From a virus, in IMG/VR virus record IMGVR_UViG_3300042402_005830, positions 1 through 64,000 of that record: a stretch of DNA of 64,000 nt. One strand, written 5' to 3'. The translations under genes and the position numbers were made by a program. The notes below the pieces were generated by a model. That model was not told the origin of the DNA. It did not search any database and worked only from the letters and a program-made list of their open reading frames with translations. This document shows positions 58,068 through 64,000 of the stretch, piece by piece. Within the stretch, counting starts at the first letter, position 1, and the number at the start of each line of letters is the position of its first letter.

Positions 58068-58703
58068 ATGATAACAAAATGGAATTATAATAACCACGGG
58101 GAATTTAGACCCTATGTAAAGGACTTAATTTCTAAAAATAATTACACATCAATTGATATTGGTGCGTCCGCAAGATATTGGTCCTATCCTGAATGTAAAG
58201 TAGTTGTAGATACATATCCGGTTCATGAAAAAGATACATTATTTTTTGATATAAACATTGAAGATATCGAACAATGGGATAAAATATTTGAATATGTGAA
58301 TCAACATGGAAAATTTGATTTTTCAATATGTTCACATACTATGGAAGATGTCTTTAATCCTATAGAATTATCTAAAATTTTAGAAAAAATTTCAAAAAGG
58401 GGTTATATTGCAATACCATCAAAATATAATGAATTTACCAAACTGTTTTCTAATAAATACAGAGGTGATGCACATCACAAACAGTTTTTTGATGTTTTTG
58501 ACAACCAGTTAATTGTTTATCCAAAATTTAATTGGATTGAAACAGATGAAAGAAGTGATTTGATTTTAAAAAATTATGTAGCAAATGAATTAACTTTGTT
58601 TTGGGAGGAAAAAATACCAATCAAAGTTTTTGGTAATGGTAAACCCTATATTGGAGATGATAATTTAATTAACGCTTATTATAACCAACTAATAATTAAA
58701 TAA
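58068..58703 (+). CDS. class I SAM-dependent methyltransferase
   Basis: IDIGAS, FDFSICSHTMED. Confidence 0.75.
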   Translation: MITKWNYNNHGEFRPYVKDLISKNNYTSIDIGASARYWSYPECKVVVDTYPVHEKDTLFFDINIEDIEQWDKIFEYVNQHGKFDFSICSHTMEDVFNPIELSKILEKISKRGYIAIPSKYNEFTKLFSNKYRGDAHHKQFFDVFDNQLIVYPKFNWIETDERSDLILKNYVANELTLFWEEKIPIKVFGNGKPYIGDDNLINAYYNQLIIK

Positions 58704-59530
58704 TGATCGAAATTTACAATGAATATGATCATCACTTACAGGGTGGTCATTTTTCCTCCTATAAAAAGAATTTGGGAAATAAATTATTCATCTATGCCAC
58801 TTGTAAAATAATTTCGGATTCATTGGATTATAATCTAATATTACCTGATAAGTCATTTATAAGACGAGAAACACAAAAAACAAATCAATATATAGTTGAT
58901 GAGTTTCCTTTTGGAAGTATTACTAATAAAAAGTCTGTTGATTGTTGCCCAATTGTGATCGATGATGATACTTTTATTTCTTATGGGAGTATTGAAAATT
59001 TTATAAAAAAAATAGACAATAATAAAATATTATCAACAGGGTACTATAGTAAATATGAATATATTAAACCGTATAAAAATGAGGTACGAAATTTTTATAA
59101 AAAGTTAGTAAAAGAAAAGAGAAATAACAATGACATAATTATGATGCTGAGAAATAGTCGAGATGATGCTAGATTTGTAATTGATGATGAATATTATTTG
59201 ACTATCCTTGAAAATGAAGAATTTGAAAATTTATATGTATCAATTGACCATACATATCAGCACAGTAGTATTTTAAAAAAAATTGAAAAGTATAATCCAA
59301 AATTTATTGACGGTGGAATTATCGATGTTTTTAGTGAAATTACAAGTTTTAATAGAATAATCGCTTGTCAGGGAACATTTTCATTTTGGGCTTGTTTTCT
59401 GTCCAACGCTGAAAAAATTTATTGGCCATTGACTAAAGATGGACCAAACTCGAATAATCTATCTCATGGTAAACATTTAAATTTGATCGTTGATGATGAA
59501 TCAAGATATGAATTTATTAAATTAAAATAA
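58703..59530 (+). CDS. GT11-like alpha-1,2-fucosyltransferase
   Basis: NLGNKLFIYA and IIACQGTFSFWACFLS motifs. Confidence 0.7.
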   Translation: MIEIYNEYDHHLQGGHFSSYKKNLGNKLFIYATCKIISDSLDYNLILPDKSFIRRETQKTNQYIVDEFPFGSITNKKSVDCCPIVIDDDTFISYGSIENFIKKIDNNKILSTGYYSKYEYIKPYKNEVRNFYKKLVKEKRNNNDIIMMLRNSRDDARFVIDDEYYLTILENEEFENLYVSIDHTYQHSSILKKIEKYNPKFIDGGIIDVFSEITSFNRIIACQGTFSFWACFLSNAEKIYWPLTKDGPNSNNLSHGKHLNLIVDDESRYEFIKLK

Positions 59531-59543
59531 AACTTGTACAAAA

Positions 59544-60542
59544 ATGAAAACAATTAAAGTGTCTAGAGCAAATTTTCCAGGAGTTGGAAATTTCTCGTGG
59601 TTAAATTTTTTTGTTAAAATCCTCTCCAAAAAATACAATGTGGTTATTGATTCTAAAAATCCTGATATTGTAATTTACACTAACCAATTTTATAGAGAAG
59701 GGGAATTAGATTATTACACAAAAGATACAATCAAAAGTGAAACGGAATATGGTCCAAAAGTTAAAAAAATATTTTTGAGTGGGGAGGCGAGACCTGATTT
59801 TAACTCTCATTTAAATAAAGGAGAAAATTATTATTGTATGGGTTATGAACATCTAACCCACGATAGATATCTCAGATTTCCTACATATGTTTTGGATGCG
59901 TTTGTTTTACATAATGAAGGTGGAATGTTTGATAGTGATTTTGGTTGGCTAACAGAAAAACGAGATTCACAAAATATTTTAAATGGGAAAAAACATTTTT
60001 GTAGTATTGTTCAATCGAGTCATAATGTGGATAGGGAAAAGTTATTCGATGAAATCATAAAAAAACATTGGATTAAATCTTCGGGACCTTGGAGACAAAC
60101 AATCAATAACTCTGAAGTCTTAAATCCACATCAATACCATAATTATTCAAATCCTGATTATATGGGTAAAATCGATGGACTAACTTACCGAGATAAAATT
60201 AAATTCTTTTCTGATTGTGTATTTAACATATCATATCAGTACACAGATACTGATTATTTAACACAAGAAAAAATTATTCATGCTTACGCATCCGATTCCA
60301 TACCAATTTTTTATGGAAATAAATTTATCGAAGAAGAAGGATTTAATCCTAATTCTTTTGTAAACGCACATAAATTTGAGACAATTGAATCTTTAGTAAT
60401 TTATTTAGATGAGTTATATCAGGATAGAAATAAACTAACAAAATTTTTCGAAGAACCTATTTTTATCGATAATAAATTACCAATTTATTTCAATGAAGAG
60501 TACGTTTTAGAATTTTTAGATAAAATAATTAGCGAAAATTAA
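59544..60542 (+). CDS. GT10-like alpha-1,3/4-fucosyltransferase
   Basis: PD, IF.SGE, RFP, KKHFCS, KIKF...F.ISYQ....YLTQEKIIHA....IPIFYG. Confidence 0.8.
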   Translation: MKTIKVSRANFPGVGNFSWLNFFVKILSKKYNVVIDSKNPDIVIYTNQFYREGELDYYTKDTIKSETEYGPKVKKIFLSGEARPDFNSHLNKGENYYCMGYEHLTHDRYLRFPTYVLDAFVLHNEGGMFDSDFGWLTEKRDSQNILNGKKHFCSIVQSSHNVDREKLFDEIIKKHWIKSSGPWRQTINNSEVLNPHQYHNYSNPDYMGKIDGLTYRDKIKFFSDCVFNISYQYTDTDYLTQEKIIHAYASDSIPIFYGNKFIEEEGFNPNSFVNAHKFETIESLVIYLDELYQDRNKLTKFFEEPIFIDNKLPIYFNEEYVLEFLDKIISEN

Positions 60543-60637
60543 TTAAAACACTTTTTATATTGACAAACAAATATTGGAAAAGTTTTATAAAAAAATATCT
60601 ATAAAAGTGTCTTACTAAAAATTATTATTTATTAATT

Positions 60638-61318
60638 ATGGATAAATTTATTTCATATTCTCTTTTTGGTCGTGATTTAAAATATTTCATTGGTGCCGAA
60701 AAAAACATAATGATTAATGAACAATTATTACCGGATTGGAAAACAGTTATTTATTATCACCCTGAAATGATTTTAGATGGTTATTTGGAAAAACTTAATT
60801 CGTTAGGGGCGATTCTAATTGATGTTAAAGACGTTAAAATTGGAAACAAATCCTCATTAGAATTCCCGTATTTCTGGAGATATTTAACATTTCTGAAAGA
60901 TGGAATTCATCTGTCTAGAGATTTAGACAGTAGGATATCAAATAGGGAGGTTGAGTACATAAAACGTTGGGAAAAAAGTCAGAATAAATACTCAATTATC
61001 AGAGATCACCCCTGGCATGCACCAGTACCTAGTGGGTTATTTGGTATTAAAGGTAAAGACAGAAATTTTGAATCTCATTTTCATGAATACATTGAAACAA
61101 ACAATTTAGTGTGGGGAACAGACCAAGATATACTATACAAATACATACAAAAAATAGATAAGTCAGATATATTTTACTCTGGATTTGATAAACCAGAAAC
61201 TTACATACCAAGAGACAATCAAGAATTTTTCATCGGAATACAACTCGATGAAAACGACAACCCAACCAAACCAAGTGGTGAAGAATGCCTAAGATATCTT
61301 AAGGAATTAAATTTATAA
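60638..61318 (+). CDS. putative GT-A glycosyltransferase
   Basis: ISYSLFG, FWRYL, SRDLDSR (DxD), RDHPWH, DQ. Confidence 0.6.
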   Translation: MDKFISYSLFGRDLKYFIGAEKNIMINEQLLPDWKTVIYYHPEMILDGYLEKLNSLGAILIDVKDVKIGNKSSLEFPYFWRYLTFLKDGIHLSRDLDSRISNREVEYIKRWEKSQNKYSIIRDHPWHAPVPSGLFGIKGKDRNFESHFHEYIETNNLVWGTDQDILYKYIQKIDKSDIFYSGFDKPETYIPRDNQEFFIGIQLDENDNPTKPSGEECLRYLKELNL

Positions 61319-61332
61319 AAATAAAAAATATC

Positions 61333-62076
61333 ATGAGATATTGTTTTACAACATTAGCGGTAAATGAACCTTACGAAAGTAAGACACAAGAATTCTATAA
61401 AGAACTACGAGAAAAAACAACTCAATGTAATTTTTTCATAACATCTACAAATAAAGATCTACTTAACCAAGGAGAAAGAATTCACACTAAAATAATTGAT
61501 CCCCCATCTATGTTTTGTTCAGGTGGTGGATTTGATTTTCATTTAAATTTGAAATGTTTGTCCTTAAAACATGTTTTGGAGTATGAAAAATCAAATCAAA
61601 ACATTCATCACGAATATGTGATTTTTACAGATGGTGATTGGGGAGTTTGGGAGGGGTTTGATGAGAAAAAAATATTGTACATGTTGGATTACATGGAGCA
61701 AAATAATATCGATTGTTTGTTCGAAAGACCTGCACCGATCGGAATACATAAAAAAAATCCAAACGAAAGTTTTTTCAGGGATAAACTATATGATTATGAT
61801 GTTTTTGATCATGATAAATGGGATGATGCACACTGTGTGAATGAGCAGATACTTGTCATGAAAAATAATGAAAAATTTAAATTTTTTGTACAAAGGTGGG
61901 AACAGTTCTTATGGTATAGTATTGCAAATGATATTAGAAATTATCCAGATGGTTTCGAAATAGGGATTTCTATTCACGAATCAGGTATGAAATATTCATA
62001 TGATGGGATTTTAAGGTTAATGAGTGATTGTTTTTACTTTCATACAAAAACCGGTGATTTCCACACAAGATTTTAA
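61333..62076 (+). CDS. putative GT-A glycosyltransferase
   Basis: FTTLA N-terminus, K...L, VIFTDGD (DxD); operon context. Confidence 0.55.
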   Translation: MRYCFTTLAVNEPYESKTQEFYKELREKTTQCNFFITSTNKDLLNQGERIHTKIIDPPSMFCSGGGFDFHLNLKCLSLKHVLEYEKSNQNIHHEYVIFTDGDWGVWEGFDEKKILYMLDYMEQNNIDCLFERPAPIGIHKKNPNESFFRDKLYDYDVFDHDKWDDAHCVNEQILVMKNNEKFKFFVQRWEQFLWYSIANDIRNYPDGFEIGISIHESGMKYSYDGILRLMSDCFYFHTKTGDFHTRF

Positions 62077-62104
62077 AAAATTAATAATTTAAAAAACTAA
62101 TTTA

Positions 62105-63025
62105 ATGAAAACTAAAATAGTCACAGCTTACTGGATGGACGTTGAAGGTTACCCATTCCAAGGTACAAGAAGTTCTTTAAAACCAAGATATTTGGGATCA
62201 CTGATCAGTCACTGCAAAGGAATTAACTTTCCTATTATATGTTATACACACAGTAAAAATTATGAAGAACTCCTCCAACTAAAACATTCATATCAACTTA
62301 GTAATTTAGAAATAAAACTGTTCGAACTTAGTGAAATGAAGTTTCATAAAGAAATATCGAAAATAAGAGACGTAAATTTCGATACGGATTTAAGTGGTAG
62401 AGGTCCTGAAATCATGTGGGGAAAATTTGAGGTTATGGAAAAGGAATTAGATAATTGCGATCGACTTTATTGGATAGATTGTGGATTACAACATCCTGGA
62501 ATTTTCCCTTGGATGTACTGCGTTCCATATGGTGATATCGAATACCACAGAGGTGGTGTACCTGTTTGGGTTAACAATGAAATTAGTCAATATGATTTCA
62601 CAAAATTATTTAATACCAAAATTTTTGAAATTTTAAATAAAAAAACAGAAAACAAGGTCTTCAATATCACATCAACAAACCCTCAAATTGGTTATAAACT
62701 TCATTCTTTATCAATCGATGTTCCACCAATATATCCGCCTTATCCTATAGGTGGAATGATAGGTGGTGATTCTGCAAAATTACGGGTTTATCTGAATACT
62801 TTTTGGAACGTTTGTTCAAAGGTTTTGGAAAAAAATTACCTCTGCACCGAAGAAGAATTAATGAAGCCCACTTTTGATATTTGTTCGGATATCATGATAG
62901 ATTACCAATTCTCAGTTTATCAAACAAATGAACAAGATGATTTTCATTTTAATGTTTGGAGTGAAAAAAGTAATAAACCAAAACCTCTTTATATGGTTTG
63001 GAATGATATTTTAAGTGAAGAATGA
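62105..63025 (+). CDS. HtrL/YibB (WlaTC)-like glycosyltransferase
   Basis: TKIVTAYW, YWIDCGL, IGGMIGG, TEE. Confidence 0.65.
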   Translation: MKTKIVTAYWMDVEGYPFQGTRSSLKPRYLGSLISHCKGINFPIICYTHSKNYEELLQLKHSYQLSNLEIKLFELSEMKFHKEISKIRDVNFDTDLSGRGPEIMWGKFEVMEKELDNCDRLYWIDCGLQHPGIFPWMYCVPYGDIEYHRGGVPVWVNNEISQYDFTKLFNTKIFEILNKKTENKVFNITSTNPQIGYKLHSLSIDVPPIYPPYPIGGMIGGDSAKLRVYLNTFWNVCSKVLEKNYLCTEEELMKPTFDICSDIMIDYQFSVYQTNEQDDFHFNVWSEKSNKPKPLYMVWNDILSEE

Positions 63026-63888
63026 AATCTTATATTATTGGAGGATTCAACGCTGGATTGGGAAGTACCTACGACACATTATACCGATTTGTTGTTTTAC
63101 AAAGTTTTTTAAAAAATTTAGGTTACGAAGTTTTCTGTGAGGTTGATTTTTCACTTAATCCGTATAAAATGAACAATCAGGATAGATCTATTTTTAAAAA
63201 AATATTTAAATTTGATTTATTAGATAATATATTGTTTCATGTTGGGGACGGTTTCAATATGCATGACACCGCAAATTTCGAATTAAATAAAAAAACAAAA
63301 TTAGTTTTCAATAATAACAAAATTTTATATGTTTATGTGGATTCACCAATTACTGAACTTAAAAATATCGAACAATTCATAAATTGGCAAAATAGAGATG
63401 ATCTTCCAAAAATTTGTTGTCTTGTTGATGAATTGATTTATAAGTTTGAAGAAAAGTTAACTGATATTTCGAATACTGAATTTTACTCCATTCACTACCG
63501 ACCCTTTGAGTTGGAAAATCAAAAAAAACAAATGGATATTCACCTACCTCAAATAATAGATATATTGGAAAAAAACAGAGATAAAAAAATTTTATTAACC
63601 ACTCAATATGAAATTTTGAAAAAAAAATTATCATTAAGTAATTATGATAATTTACAAATGTCCAACTATCAATATCCAACCGACTTCAATAAAGTAAGAT
63701 CTTTGGGTTGGACCGATGAACAATTGTTAGATTATATGCAAGAAACTTTTTTCGAAATGTACTGTTTGTCAAAATCTACCAAAATTTACAGGGTTGGTTG
63801 CCCTTGGTTTTCTAATTTTCTTTTTTTATCTTGTACATATAATCAAACAAATTTTGAAAATAAATTAAGATTTGAACCATCATATTAA
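63022..63888 (+). CDS. NodZ/O-fucosyltransferase-like (GT23/65-type) protein
   Basis: AGLGS N-motif, YSIHYR, EMYCLSKS..IY...SNF. Confidence 0.55.
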   Translation: MKSYIIGGFNAGLGSTYDTLYRFVVLQSFLKNLGYEVFCEVDFSLNPYKMNNQDRSIFKKIFKFDLLDNILFHVGDGFNMHDTANFELNKKTKLVFNNNKILYVYVDSPITELKNIEQFINWQNRDDLPKICCLVDELIYKFEEKLTDISNTEFYSIHYRPFELENQKKQMDIHLPQIIDILEKNRDKKILLTTQYEILKKKLSLSNYDNLQMSNYQYPTDFNKVRSLGWTDEQLLDYMQETFFEMYCLSKSTKIYRVGCPWFSNFLFLSCTYNQTNFENKLRFEPSY

Positions 63889-63893
63889 AAGAA

Positions 63894-64000
63894 ATGAAAA
63901 ATACAACATTAGTTACTGGTTTATGGGATATTGGTAGAGAAAGTTTGACTGACGGATGGAATAGAAAATTCGATGAACATTATTTAAATAATTTCAAAAA
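63894..64000 (+). CDS. HtrL/YibB-like glycosyltransferase, partial
   Basis: MKNTTLVTGLWDIGRESL..GW.R.F...YL. Confidence 0.6.
   Translation, partial: MKNTTLVTGLWDIGRESLTDGWNRKFDEHYLNNFK

Noticed and set aside
13391-63679. Numerous short ORFs nested in or antisense to long genes (e.g. 14054, 18323, 22862, 29158, 31769, 41381, 52828, 55214, 55546, 57245)
   Set aside because: Shadow frames of well-supported genes; Ser/Phe-rich antisense composition and no motifs
1-64000. Stop-codon reassignment as in some large phages
   Set aside because: Core genes are intact and densely packed in code 11; no convincing suppressor tRNA

Overview
A 64-kb segment of a large, AT-rich, T4-like (jumbo-type) phage genome using the standard genetic code. 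The host is very likely a Bacteroidota bacterium: TTTG-N19/20-TAnnTTTG promoters, a tmRNA tag starting GE, a T9SS-tailed protein, a TonB-dependent receptor, a DUF4494-like protein, and bS21 placed antisense in the head module as in described bS21 phages. Layout: (1) 1-12 kb, an accessory and stable-RNA region with 12 tRNAs (including tRNA-Leu(UAA) split by a group I intron and tRNA-Ile(UAU)), a tRNA-like element, several unexplained structured RNAs and a tmRNA. (2) 12-17.7 kb, a proteostasis block: M20/M28 peptidase, ClpC lacking its N-domain, a UVR protein, KTSC and a nucleotidyltransferase. (3) 17.7-33.6 kb, the head module: TerL, portal, bS21, prohead protease, scaffold and MCP. (4) 33.8-38.2 kb, a TonB-dependent receptor plus T9SS cargo pair with a Pho-box-like repeat upstream. 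(5) 38.3-53.3 kb, baseplate genes, a gp55-like sigma factor, glycosyltransferases, PhoH, dUTPase, an exonuclease and a WYL protein. (6) 53.4-64 kb, a protein with a mucin-like Thr/Pro tail and a trypsin-like protease, followed by a GT60, GT11, GT10, HtrL-like and NodZ-like transferase operon. Best candidates for an undescribed system are a phage mucin-type protein O-glycosylation pathway, a phage-encoded TonB/T9SS surface uptake module, and a phage tmRNA-ClpC-UVR proteolysis circuit. All family calls come from motif recognition by eye; no searches were run.
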